DNA from: Octopus sinensis
Lineage: Eukaryota
Assembly (NCBI RefSeq): GCF_006345805.1
Contig: NC_042997.1
Span: forward strand, 177,568,001-177,632,000
Direction of reading: 5' to 3'
Length of the DNA: 64,000 nucleotides
The notes under the pieces are model-generated. The model worked only from the letters and a program-made list of their open reading frames with translations, ran no database searches and was not told the DNA's origin. Positions 12,401 to 24,310 of this stretch are shown in pieces (position 1 is the first letter of the stretch; each line of letters begins with the position of its first letter). Position numbers and translations under genes: made by a program.

Positions 12401-13660
12401 CAGACACGAAAACTGAATTGATAATAAATATAAGATCAGTGGTAAGAAGTCTACACTCATTCAGACCAATGCATCCCATTCCACAAGATCGAGGCACTTT
12501 ATGGAAATATAAAAGAGTATTTCAAAGAAAGGCAGGTTATGACAACCGATACGTGGGCATAATGGGTTTGGGGGATATATGGAAGTGAAGACCAAGTCCC
12601 GCTGTAGATTAGATATTGTTCTTGTCGAATGGGAGCGTATGAAGTAAAGTGAAGGTACATTATAGGTGTTAGTTGCACTTGCACTATCAGATTCTATGGA
12701 GGAAATAACTGGAACATAAGCTGGTTCACAAGTTCAATTCCTGCACTATTTTCTACTGTACCTCCTTTGTCAGAACTTGTGTTGTTAAATCATAAAGTAG
12801 GCGGGGAGTCTATCTCCACATTATTTTCATATAAGTGGTTCGCTCATACAAAATTGATTTTGCATGTAAAAGATCTGCTCTTGCATATTCTATCCACTTG
12901 ATGGTTGTGAAGGAAAATACGAATATAGTTAAGAATAGAGCAGAAATAATAGAATAAGTGAAATGAAACGAGGTATGCTAAGGTGTATACAAAGGTTTAC
13001 CGAATAAGCTTAACGATGGATATCGGGCGACCTGGTTGCAGGACCGGGATTTCGGGTCTTTAACCGATTTCGGGTATTTAAATTTAGTGTTCTATACAAA
13101 CGAAAGTGCTTTTTCTTTTCAGTTTAGCATGGGAGCTAACAAAGTCACCTGCATAGAAACTGCAATAATTACCGCTCCTCTGATATGGTTTGAGCGGTCA
13201 TGCTGAGCTTCATTGTCGGATTCTTTGTTCCGAGACCCTTAAATTGACAAAAGTACTTTGACAAAGATGTGACATTGCATTTATTCCTGTTTCTAAACGA
13301 GTGGATATGCTGTATGAGGAAAATTTAGTTAATTTTCGTTATGCCCAATATATATACTTTTTCCGTGCCATTTTAGAAACTAGCTCTCTACACCTGTTCT
13401 TTGAACAAATATTTATTGCTGAAGGAAAATTAGCTGCATTTCCATAGTGAAATTCGTGTTGCGGTAGTTGTATATTGATACTGGCTATTTTGTTGTGTTT
13501 TAAAACCCAAGTCGCTATATTATTCAAACAGCTATAGCTAACCTTAACATACTTTCTATAAAAGGTTTTATAGTATCTATATAACGTCAGGAGGTGTGTA
13601 CATATCAAGGTTAAGAAGAACCTACATATACTTGTAGACAACCTTATATTATAATCTAAA

Positions 13661-13923
13661 TAAAAAAATAATAAATGCGCCCTTTTAAAGCCTAGCCAGG
13701 CTCATGGGCCCGGTTTCCCGGTTTCAATGGCGTATGTGTTCCCCAGCTGGACGGGACGCCAGTCCATCGCAGCGTTACTCAGTTGTGCCAGCTGAGTAGA
13801 CTGGAGCATCGTGAAATGAAGTGTTTTGCTCAAGAACACAACTCGTCGCCCGGTCCAGGAATCGAAACCACAATCTTACGATCATGATGCTGACACCCTA
13901 ACCACTAAGCCACGCGCCTCCAC
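13661..13923 (-). mobile_element. SINE group B (head, middle module 1, tail W) with 13-bp TSD
   Basis: ATTATAATCTAAA at 13648-13660 and 13924-13936; A and B boxes on the minus strand. Confidence 0.95.
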
Positions 13924-14643
13924 ATTATAATCTAAACTGAACCAATACATTTTCCTCTCGTTGTTTAGTTGACCTTGTTCGTGTGTATCGACTGTCGTGG
14001 TGATAGTGGTGGTGGTGGTAGTGATGTATACTTTAGTTGCCTCTTCGAAATTTCCGGTTATAATAAAAGGCAGCTTTAATAAATATAAATTAGTTTGATA
14101 ATAGGTTAAGAAATAAGTATGTTGATATTGTTGATGATACGCATTGTATCTGTACTTGGGTATTTAGAACGCTCGTTAATCTATATAGTTTTTCAGTTCA
14201 GCTTACATTATGAGTATACGTTATTTGTGTTTCGTTTTCAAGTTATGTCTAGAAAAACAACTATTTTTAGGTTTCTGTTTATTATAAATTTTAAATGAAA
14301 TTGTCTGAATATGCCAATGAACATTTTTTTAAACTTGTCTATCACTCACTTTCTCTTACTCTCCTCTTTCTCTCTTACTCTCCTCTTTCTCTCACACTCG
14401 TTCCTCTTTCTCTTAAAGACACACATACATACACACAAACACACACACACATTTCATATTGGTTCTTGTGTATGCGTGTATGTATGTGTATTATTTTGAT
14501 ATATATGTTTACACATATGCATTGATTTACATTTATCTATTTATTTATTATATATAAGTATATATAAACTTGTGTGTATGTAGTTTATATGCGCGCGCGC
14601 GTGTGTGTATGTATGTATGTATGTATGTATGTATATGTATGTA

Positions 14644-14676
<33 letters not shown>

Positions 14677-14704
14677 ATGTATGTATGTATGTATGTATGT
14701 ATGT

Positions 14705-14932
14705 GAAGGCGCATGGCTCAGTGGTTAGAGCGTCAGGCTTACGATCGTGAGGTTGTGAGTTCCAATCCCGGACCGGGTTGCGTGTTGTGTTATTTCACGT
14801 TGCTCCAGTTCACTCAGCTGATGAAATGAGTTGTGATGTCACAGGTGCCAAGCTGTATCGGCATTGCCTTTCCCTTGGATAACACTGGTGGCGTGGAGAA
14901 GGGAGCCCCGTATGCATGGGCGACTGCTGGTC
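14705..14932 (+). mobile_element. SINE group B (head, shortened module 1, tail X)
   Basis: GGCGCATGGCTCAGTGGTTAG head, TTTCACGTTGCTCCAGTTCACTCAGCTG middle, and a 3' part not seen in other copies. Confidence 0.8.
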
Positions 14933-15300
14933 AGTCAAGCGGCGTCCTGTTTGACCGATGTATAGCGAAGGACAGAGAGAGCAGGAGATGCAGTAGATGA
15001 CGTTGCTACAAGTGCAGGTGAAGGAGTCAGTGATATGATAGGGTCTATGATGTGCGGCAGCGTGGACGGCAGCAAGGTAACGGGCCGAGTTGGGAGGTTG
15101 AGTTAGGGAAGAATCTGTGGACCAAGAGATTTTGTAGGTTGTTGGCTCATTTGAAGGAGGCAGGGGTTGGTTAGGGAAGATGTGCGAAGTGGAGGGGTCA
15201 GGTTAGAGTCGCCGGAAGGCTCGGAGAATGGTGCGTTGGAAATGTAGGGAGGTGGGGTGGTAGGTGAGGGGAAACCGGAGACGGGTGACGGCGGGGCGGG
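14933..15300 (-). mobile_element. Penelope-like element fragment: linker, Cys motif and GIY-YIG endonuclease start
   Basis: RFPLTYHPTSLHFQRTILRAFRRL*PDPSTSHIFPN..SFK*ANNLQNLLVH..PCCRPRCRT..HITDSFTCTCSNVIYCISCSLCPSLYIGQTGRRLTD; the VIY/YIG motif is present. Confidence 0.9.
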
Positions 15301-15394
15301 TGCGAGGCGGGTGCGGGGCGAGACGGCAGATGCACAGTCCATATATATATCAGTCTTGTGGCTAAGATCAAGGTCTATTATATATTCTTATCAG

Positions 15395-15429
<35 letters not shown>

Positions 15430-15508
15430 ATGATATATATATATATAGGAAAAATTGAGAATGGAGACAAACGCTTAGGATGTTATTAAAACATTTATAT
15501 CTTCATAT

Positions 15509-15593
15509 CTTCTACATATGTTTCGATGGATGCATTCAAAATACGCCCGACAGGAAAAATTATGGTCAGCTATGCATCAATCTCATCAGGAAA
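15509..15593 (-). ncRNA. Minimal type I hammerhead ribozyme with intact core
   Basis: Minus strand: TTTC-CTGATGA-GATTGATGCAT...ATGCATCCATC-GAAAC-ATAT-GTA-GAAG. Stem II 10 of 11 pairs, stem I 4 bp, palindromic stem III ACATATGT, predicted cleavage between 15513 and 15512. Confidence 0.75.
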
Positions 15594-15828
15594 GTTATGA
15601 ACAGCACTCATCAAATAGACATTTTTAAAGATATGAGTCTCCTTTTTCAATTTTTTCCTATTTTCTGCTAAATACGACTTACTTTATCTCGGAATCAAAT
15701 CACACACAAGTGTGATCATATTTTCCCAGGACACTTAAGCAACATTTAACTTCCTTGTAATTATTCCCCTGGATCTTTGGTATAAATTGTACACTCATAT
15801 ATATATATATATGTATATACATATATAT

Positions 15829-15859
<31 letters not shown>

Positions 15860-16039
15860 CATATATACATATATATATATACATATATATACATGCACAC
15901 ACATGTATATACACATACACACACACACACAGACACAAATACGCGTATGTGTGTAAGTGTGCGTTTGTGTGTAAGTGTATGTGTGTCTGTGTGTGTGTAG
16001 ACATATATGTGTGTATACCTTTTTTGTCTGCGTTCTTCA

Positions 16040-16256
16040 ACCAACACCAGTTGACAACTGGTGTTGGTTTGTTTACGTCTTCGTAACTTAACGATTCGGA
16101 AAAAGAAACCAACAAGCTCAAACCCACCACCACCCCAAAAGAATACAAGAAAAAAACCCAAGCAAAATAAGTGCAGCGGTCGATTTGGTCGACTAAACCT
16201 TCAAGCCGGTGCCCCAACATGGCCGCATTACAATGACTGGAACAAGTACAGTAAAA
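16040..16256 (+). mobile_element. SINE group C 3' half
   Basis: TTGACAACTGGTGTTGGTTTGTTTACGTC...GGTCGATTTGGTCGACTAAA...CATGGCCGCA..ATGACTG.AACAAGTA. Confidence 0.7.
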
Positions 16257-16570
16257 AATATATTTGTTTATACGCGCATGTGTAATCTTTTTTTTTTTTT
16301 TGAAACATATCAAAAAAAGAAAACAAAGATGTTTTAGATTATCAATTATGAATGACATAAAATACCCCTTTAAAATATTTTTTATATTTTCAATGATTCT
16401 TTATTTAAGCAAATTTTTCTTCAGATATTGTGACTGAATTTAGAGATTTCATTAAGAAATGTTTCTTAAATTTATGTACGAGTATGTACGCTTGTGTCTA
16501 TAAATACGCGTAACACATACATGCACTCGCATATACACACACTCACAGATATATATGTATATATATATAT

Positions 16571-16602
<32 letters not shown>

Positions 16603-16607
16603 ATATA

Positions 16608-16760
16608 TTCTTTTATCTTTAGCTTTTACTTGGCTGCGACCATGCTGGAGCACCGCTTTGAAGAGCTTTTAGTTGAACAAATCGACCCCAGGAACTATTT
16701 TTTGTAAACCTAGTACTTATGTTATCGGTCTCTTTTGCTGAACCACTAGGCTGCAGACAC
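16608..16760 (-). mobile_element. SINE group C 3' half
   Basis: GCGACCATGCTGGAGCACCGC...AAATCGACCCCAGGAACT matches 54922-55060. Confidence 0.75.
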
Positions 16761-16816
16761 ACACACACACACACACACATACACACACACATATTACAGT
16801 ATCGTTTGTTTGAACC

Positions 16817-17230
16817 CCGTAAATCCTCGAGTATAATCCGCATTTTCCCCCCATAATTTAAAGGTCAAAATCCCTAGTGCGTACTATATACGAGGTTAGA
16901 AATGAAAATTATTTTCTAAGCAATGTCCGTGTCTCTATTTGCTGTCCGGCAATATTTGTTCAGACGCATTTTCTGATGTCGGGCGCGAAAATAATTTAAG
17001 CTAAGCCTGCACAAAAAAGCTACACGTTTGCATTATGTTATATGTACAATAATAATAAAGGACGTTACCGTATACATTTTTACAAACCAAGGACGTTATA
17101 TAGACCTCCTTGACTCAAGTTAGAGAAGGGGTGCGTATTATACACAAGGTTTAGGCTTTTCAGAGGTACAGCCCCCAAAAAATCCCCTGCGTATTATACT
17201 CAAGGGCAGACTATACTCGAGGATTTACGG
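16817..17230. mobile_element. Tc2/pogo-like MITE
   Basis: TIRs CCGTAAATCCTCGAGTATA / TATACTCGAGGATTTACGG, TA on the right side only; subterminal GCGTATTATAC repeats. Confidence 0.7.
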
Positions 17231-17359
17231 TATGTTATTCTTTCAACACGTTTCTCTGAATTGCGTAGAGAAAAATAGTCAAGCCTGTGAACTTGCCTCT
17301 CTCTCTCTTTCTATCTATCTATCCATCCATCTATCTGTCTATCTATCTATCTATCTATC

Positions 17360-17420
<61 letters not shown>

Positions 17421-17421
17421 C

Positions 17422-17599
17422 CTGTCTGTCGTTACGTTCCGAGTTCAAATTCCGCCGAGGTCGACTTTGCCTTTCATCCTTTCGGGGTCGATAAATTAAG
17501 TACCAGTTACGCATTGGGGTCGATATAATCGACTTAATCCGTTTGTCTGTCCTTGTTTGTCCCCTCTGTGTTTAGCCCCTTGTGGGTAGTAAAGAAATA
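17422..17599 (+). mobile_element. Single headless 184-bp-type SINE group A unit
   Basis: Near-identical to the units at 5009-5560; ends AAAGAAATA. Confidence 0.9.
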
Positions 17600-18075
17600 T
17601 ATCTATCTCCCTGTCTATGTGTACGAATATTTTTGTGTATATAGAATAAGTATATGTACGTACACACGCCTGCGCGCGCTTACGTATATGTAGCCATGTG
17701 CGTTTCCTGAACAAAATATCCGTCTTCTTGTGTAATAGCTAGTAATAAATATTTTACCATTGGTGAATAAAGCCAATTTTATGGGAGTTTACTGTGATTT
17801 CAAGTCTCACATGTATGGCTTCTCCGGATACTTGCGTAAGTGCGTATTTGTGTGTTTGAGTGTGTGTGTGTATGCGCATTTGGTGTAAAATCTTTTCGTA
17901 TTCGTTGCGAGACAACTCTACGGCACAAAACGCTCTCGCAGTGGCGTCATTTCACTTAATGTAATTGCTGCAGCAAAGATTTTCAGACTGCAATCTGTTA
18001 GTCTGTACTAAAACCGTCGAACAACCGGAAAACAACTTATATACGCAGGACATTTGAGAGAGTGTGTGTTATAAC

Positions 18076-18143
<68 letters not shown>

Positions 18144-18198
18144 CTTTCATCTCTTATCTTTTACTTGTTTCAGTTTCAAACTGCGACCATGCTGGAGT

Positions 18199-18252
<54 letters not shown>

Positions 18253-18284
18253 ACTTACTTGGAAAAGGATGCGTGGCGTTCGAT

Positions 18285-18595
18285 CATATAATAATATAAA
18301 TAATATAAACATATATGCATATATACATACATATATGTACATACCTACATATATATGTATATATACATGCATATATGGGCACAGGACACATAAAAAAAAC
18401 GTTGGTTTTTTTGGTTTTCCGAAAAAAAGTTCGTTTTCGATGTTTTGGTTTTTATGTTTTCATTTCTCATTGTGTTCAACGTTTTTCTGATTTCCTGTAC
18501 CTGTATATGCATGTATATATACAAATATATGTAGGTATGTACATATATATATATGTATATATGCATATATTTATATATTATTTATATTATATTTC
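18285..18595. repeat. TA-embedded element with inverted arms; a related copy lies at 47770-48070
   Basis: CATACCTACATAT...CATGCATATATGGGCACAGGA on the left versus TCCTGTACCTGTATATGCATG...ATGTAGGTATG on the right. Core AAAGTTCGTT.TC.ATGTTTT.GTTTTT is shared with 47850. Confidence 0.7.
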
Positions 18596-18756
18596 GCTAT
18601 AGGGTCACTGTTATATACAGGGTAAAAATACATATACACAGATGCATACAAACACGTCCTTGCAGTTACATACACATACGCATAATTTGTGTGTGTGTGT
18701 GTGTGTGTAAGAAATTAAAATGACGAAGGAATAAAAAAATTGTTATGATGTTCATT

Positions 18757-18837
18757 AGCTTACAGCTGTTTCTAGTATAAGATGCAATGCAATCATAGTT
18801 GAATGCTTGAGCATTACTCTATACCCTTATCGGAGCT
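18757..18837 (-). ncRNA. Decayed hammerhead motif with mutated core
   Basis: AGCT-CCGATAA-GGGTATAG...TATACTA-GAAAC-AGCT-GTA-AGCT; palindromic stem III ACAGCTGT, 4-bp stem I, core differs from CTGATGA at two positions. Confidence 0.5.
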
Positions 18838-19009
18838 TCAAACATGAATACACACACACACACACACACACAACACACACAGACATACATATATATATAG
18901 ATATATATATATATATATATATATTGATAATTATACTTAAATCTCTGCGTGTAAGGTTATGTGTAAGTACGTGAATTTGCATAACACACACACACATATA
19001 TATAAAGCA

Positions 19010-19054
<45 letters not shown>

Positions 19055-19103
19055 AATATATAAAATCTTCATAAGAATTTATCAAGTAGCTAGCGTATTT
19101 TCT

Positions 19104-19155
<52 letters not shown>

Positions 19156-19856
19156 TATATATATATATATAACATATACACATACATACAAACATACATG
19201 TGTGTGTTTGTGTGTATGCATGAATATGAATATCTATGTATAATCTAAATCACACACATACACACACACACACACACGCAGCACACACACATATACATGT
19301 ATCCTTTTGCTGTCACAGAGCCGCTCAGCTGTTTTTCTACCTATAATATTTGTTCACTTTTATGCGTCTTCTGTTATATTTGCATTCACACATTGTTATT
19401 GACGTTGTCGGTGCTGTGATTGATGTTAGTGTTTACTGATGACAAAGCACTTTGTTTAACCCTAGGTTAGTCCTGGATCAAGTAAACCAATTAAGAAAGC
19501 ACTACTAGTCGTGATCACCATATAACTGCAACAGTAGCGTGTGAGTTTGAGAGATATGTAGCAGTTACTTTCAGCATTTCAAACAACCACTTAGATATAC
19601 CCTCGTTGGTTCACTCTCGCTAAGATATAATTTAATTACTAAGTATTGATCCCGCCAATTATTGAGGGTGTATACATCACAAAGGTATGAGTAGTACCTA
19701 TAATTCAAAGGGCCAGCCTTATCACATTCTGAATTTTCCTGAAAGATACGATAAGGGCACACGTGTTTGTGGAGTGCTCAACCGCTTGCACGTTAACTTC
19801 ACGAGCAGGCTGTTCTGTTGATCGGACCACCTGGAATACTTATCGTCATAATTGAC

Positions 19857-19906
<50 letters not shown>

Positions 19907-19977
19907 CAGCAGTAGTAGTTGTAGTCCATATATGCGTGTATATACACGCACACACACGCATACATACATACATACAT

Positions 19978-20008
<31 letters not shown>

Positions 20009-20028
20009 TATATATGTGTGTGTATGTG

Positions 20029-20291
20029 TGTGGAGGCGCAATGGCCCATCGGTTCGTGCAGCGGACTCGCGGTCGGAGGATCGCGGTTTCGATTCCCAGA
20101 CCGGGCGTTGTGTGTGTTTATTGAGCGAAAACACCTAAAGCTCCACGAGGCTCCAGCAGGGGCTGGTGGTGACCCCTGTTGTACTCTTTCGTCCCAACTT
20201 TCTCTCACTCTTTCTTCTTGTTTCTTGAGTAACGCTGCGATGGACTGGCGTCCCGTCCAGCTGGGGTGGGGGAACACATACGCCATAGAAA
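20029..20291 (+). mobile_element. SINE group B (head, middle module 2, tail W)
   Basis: Head and module 2 match 46313 and 43504; tail GAGTAACGCTGCGATGGACTGGCGTCCCGTCCAGCTGGGG matches 13661-13923. Confidence 0.9.
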
Positions 20292-20621
20292 GGTCTATTC
20301 GTAAGGTCTATTCTTGCGTGCACTGTGTATTTGAGTAAATTACTTCGTTTCACACTACTCGAGTTCTCTCAGCTGTAATGAGTATTAGCCGGACGTTGGT
20401 GCAGCTCTCGGCTCCCTCTGGCCGTCACATCCCGGGTATTGTGCAACGTCAAGGATAGAAAGGCCGAGCCTCGACTACATACGACACATAAAACAATTAG
20501 CAAAAGCTTGGTATCTGTTACCAAGCAATACTTATTTGCGATTAACAGCTGACTGTATGTACTTTTATACAGTTAATTATACGAGCTAACGAGGCACAAT
20601 CCCTACAGTCACACCTTAATG

Positions 20622-21113
20622 CAGTGATTCCCAACCTATTTTCCATCCAAGCCCCACTATAACTTTCCAGAAAAATATATGCCCCTACCGGTGGTTGGAA
20701 AAAACTTTTTTTTTTTTTTGTCTTTTATCACAATCATTTCGTCCGTCTTTACGTTCCGAGTTCAAATGCCGCCGGGGTTGACTTTGCCCGTCACCCTCTC
20801 TGGGTCGATGAAATAAGGACTACTCAAGCAGTGGGGGTCGATGTAATCGACTTTATCCCTCCCCTGAAATTGCTGGCCTTGTACCAAAATTTGAAACCAA
20901 TATTTTATCACAATGTTTTAATGCAAAAAAAAAAAAATTACCGGTAACTCTTTTAAGTACAGAGTACAAAAAAGAAAGTACATTATTGACTAAGAATAAA
21001 AACTGTGAATGATTTTAATGAGAACTTTGTACTTGGCGACTAGGGCACCACACCCCACCACAATTTTCCCAGGCTCCACCAGTGGAGCGTATGCCCCACG
21101 TTGGTAATCACTA
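20622..21113. mobile_element. Old hAT-type MITE with a nested SINE A (about 20735-20903)
   Basis: CAGTGATTCCCAAC / GTTGGTAATCACTA termini; putative 8-bp TSD matches only 5 of 8. Confidence 0.55.
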
Positions 21114-21719
21114 CCCTAGTCTTAAAATCAGTAAAGGCACTGTGAACAATATAATTCTTAATATACGGAAAAAGGAAAAAAAAAAACAGTTGAGGGAGGG
21201 TAACGAGATGGCCATGACTTTATAGTCTCTGATCATCGACCAGCATAGGGCTGACCTGGGCTAACGCCACTTTATACAAATAGGGTGTCTGAAAGACTGT
21301 ACAATGTATAAATTTATTTGAAACAACGTGCAAAGGTGATTTTGTCGGTTGCTGTTTCGGACTTCAGTCCTGATAACGCAGGCCTATGATCAAAAGACTT
21401 TCCAGCCATGACCATCCCACTTTTTTTCTATGTGCAGGTCATTCAGGACTATATTATCTACCGAGTTCTTTATTTCTTTGTTCTTTTTCTTTTGTTTTCC
21501 CCCGTCTTTTCTGTCTCTGTTTTTTGGGGGGTTTTTTCTGAAGATGGAAGGGTATGAGTCAAGGGGGATTTTGATGACATTTTTGGCTGAGTGTGCGTCA
21601 ATATTTCATGTACGAGAAAGGGTCAGTAGGAGATAGGCATAGAGAAAGAGAGAAAGAAAGACAAAGAAAGGGGGAGAGAGAAGGAATGTAAGAAAAAGTG
21701 AGATTTAATTGTACTAGTT

Positions 21720-22069
21720 CAGTGGTTCTCAGCCGGCGTCCATATGGCCCCTGGGGGGGTTCATATAAGATTTTGGGGGTCCACGCAGCAAAATAGGGAT
21801 TTGGAGGGTTCCCAATAGTATTTTAAGGGCCTCTGAAAAAATTTTGTTTTAGATAGTATGTATTGGTATGTATTGAAAGAAACGATAAGGTTTCTCGCTC
21901 CAGCATTTTGCATAGTTTAACTTAGACAAGTTAGTGTGTGAAAAACAAATTAGAAATTTTGAAAGAAGTATCTATATGACTATTGGGTATCGAATGGCTA
22001 TAGGGGTCCACCAGAATAAAATAGTAAACAAAGGGGCCCATAAGTAAAAAAAATTGTTGAGAACCCCCG
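21720..22069. mobile_element. hAT (Charlie-like) MITE
   Basis: CAGTGGTTCTCAGCC / TGTTGAGAACCCCCG termini; 8-bp TSD TACTAGTT / TTCTAGTT (7 of 8). Confidence 0.8.
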
Positions 22070-22084
22070 TTCTAGTTGTTGAGA

Positions 22085-22305
22085 TATCCGATATCGAGTC
22101 AACCTATGATCAAAAAAGTTCCAGCCGTGGCTGTCCTGTTTGCTTGCTTGTTTGACTGATTGTTTCACTGCTAGTGTGTAATAGAATTACATTGTTCAAT
22201 GTGTCCTTGGCTTGTTCATTTTTTCTCCCCTTTCCTTTTCAAGACGATAGTGTGATTTGAGTGAGATTTAGCTGCTATTTCTAGCACACTGAACGACAAT
22301 GGCGT
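22085..22305 (+). repeat. Dispersed repeat family D (also about 21350-21460 and 57705-57870)
   Basis: CTATGATCAAA..TTCCAGCC.TG shared with 21385; GTGATTTGAG.GA.ATTT.G..GCTATTTCTA shared with 57830. Confidence 0.6.
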
Positions 22306-22992
22306 AGAGAAGTTCCCTCCTCGATTGGCTTGAGTAAGATTTAGAGTTAAGATTAAGTGTATCAGTGTGTGTGTGTGTGTGCGCGCGCGTGTTTGTGTGT
22401 GTGAATGAGTGTGTGTGTGTGTGTGTGTGTGAGTGACAGACAGACAGACAGACAGGCAGAGGGTGAAAAGAAGAGAAGTTCATTAAAGAAACAGTGAAGG
22501 GAGTGTGTGCATGTTTGTGTGCATGATTTCGTGTCTGTGCGCTTGCGCACCTGGGACGTTTCTAGTGCATGTGTGTACATGCGTGCGTGCGTGCGTATGC
22601 TTGAGTATCCGCGTGTACATGTATATATGCGTGCGTGTCTGTGTGTGTGTGTGCGTTTACCTCTGTTGCGTGTGTGTATGTTTGTGTGTGTGTGTGTGTG
22701 TGTGATTACATGTACGGATTTTTATTATGTATGTTTATAAGCGCACATGCATGCATGTATGTGTGTGTGTGTGTGTGTGTATGTGTACTTGTGCATCTGA
22801 ATTTGAGTGTGCATGTGTTTATAAGTAAGGTTTTTATATGTACGCTTATGTATTTCTGCATATGCGTGTGTGAAACGCGTGTGTTTGTTTATGAAATTGA
22901 AATTGCTTTTGTAAATAAATAATATATACACGCGTGAAGTAAACAAACCGCTACATGGATGCAAATACACCAGCACTTAAACACACACAACA

Positions 22993-23024
<32 letters not shown>

Positions 23025-23029
23025 ACACA

Positions 23030-24310
23030 CACAAACAGATTACAGAAACAAAGTCATCACACCTGCACACATACACACTAAACAACACACACAAACAGAT
23101 TACAGAAACAAAGTCATCACACCTGCAGACATACACACACACACACACACACACAAACAGATTACAGAAACAAAGTCATCATACCTGCACACATACACAC
23201 TAAACAACACACATACACACACACAAACAGATTACAGAAACAAAGTCATCACACCTGCACACATACACACTAAACAACACCACACACACACACAAACAGA
23301 TTACAGAAATCATCACATCTTGCACACATACACACTAAACAACACACACTAAACAACACACAACACACACAAACAGATTACAGAAACAATGCATCAACCT
23401 GCACACATACACACACACCACACACACCACACACACACACACACAAACAGATTACAGAAACAAAATCATCACACCTGCACACATACACACACACCAAACA
23501 GATTACAGATCAAAGTCATCACACCTGCACATATACACACTAAACAACACACACACACAAACAGATTTACAGAAACAAAGTCATCACACCTGCACACATA
23601 CACACACACACACACAAACAGATTACAGAAACAAAGTCATCACACCTGCACCCACAACACACACAACTAAACAACACACACACACACAAACAGATTACAG
23701 AAACAAAGTCATCACACACCTGCACACATCACACTAAACAACACACAACACACACTAAACACACCACACACACAAACAGATTACAGAAACAATGTCATCA
23801 CACCTGCACACATAACACACACACCACACAAACAGATTACAGAAACAAAATCATCACACCTGCACACATCACACACACACACAAACAGATTACAGATACA
23901 AAGTCATCACACCTGCACACATACACACTAAACAACACACACACACAAACAGATTTACAGAAACAAAGTCATCACACCTGCACACATACACACACACACA
24001 CAAACAGATTACAGAAACAAAGTCATCACACCTGCACACATACACACACACTAAACAACACACACACACACAAACAGATTACAGAAACAAAGTCATCACA
24101 CCTGCACACATACACACTAAACAACACACACTAAACAACACACACACACAAACAGATTACAGAAACAAAGTCATCACACCTGCACACATACACACACACA
24201 CACACAAACAGATTTACAGAAACAAAGTCATCACACCTGCACACATACACACAAACAGATTACAGAAACAAAGTCATCACACCTGCACACACACACACAC
24301 ACACACACTG
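23030..24310. repeat. Minisatellite, about 20 units of 55-75 bp
   Basis: Unit AAACAGATTACAGAAACAAAGTCATCACACCTGCACACATA followed by a variable (CA)n/CTAAACAA spacer. Confidence 0.95.

Noticed and set aside
15103-15342. Pro/Ser-rich ORF in a GC-rich patch as a host exon or CpG island
   Set aside because: It is an alternative frame of the Penelope fragment.
23030-24310. CRISPR-like repeat-spacer appearance
   Set aside because: Spacers are near-identical (CA)n tracts, the context is eukaryotic and there are no cas genes.
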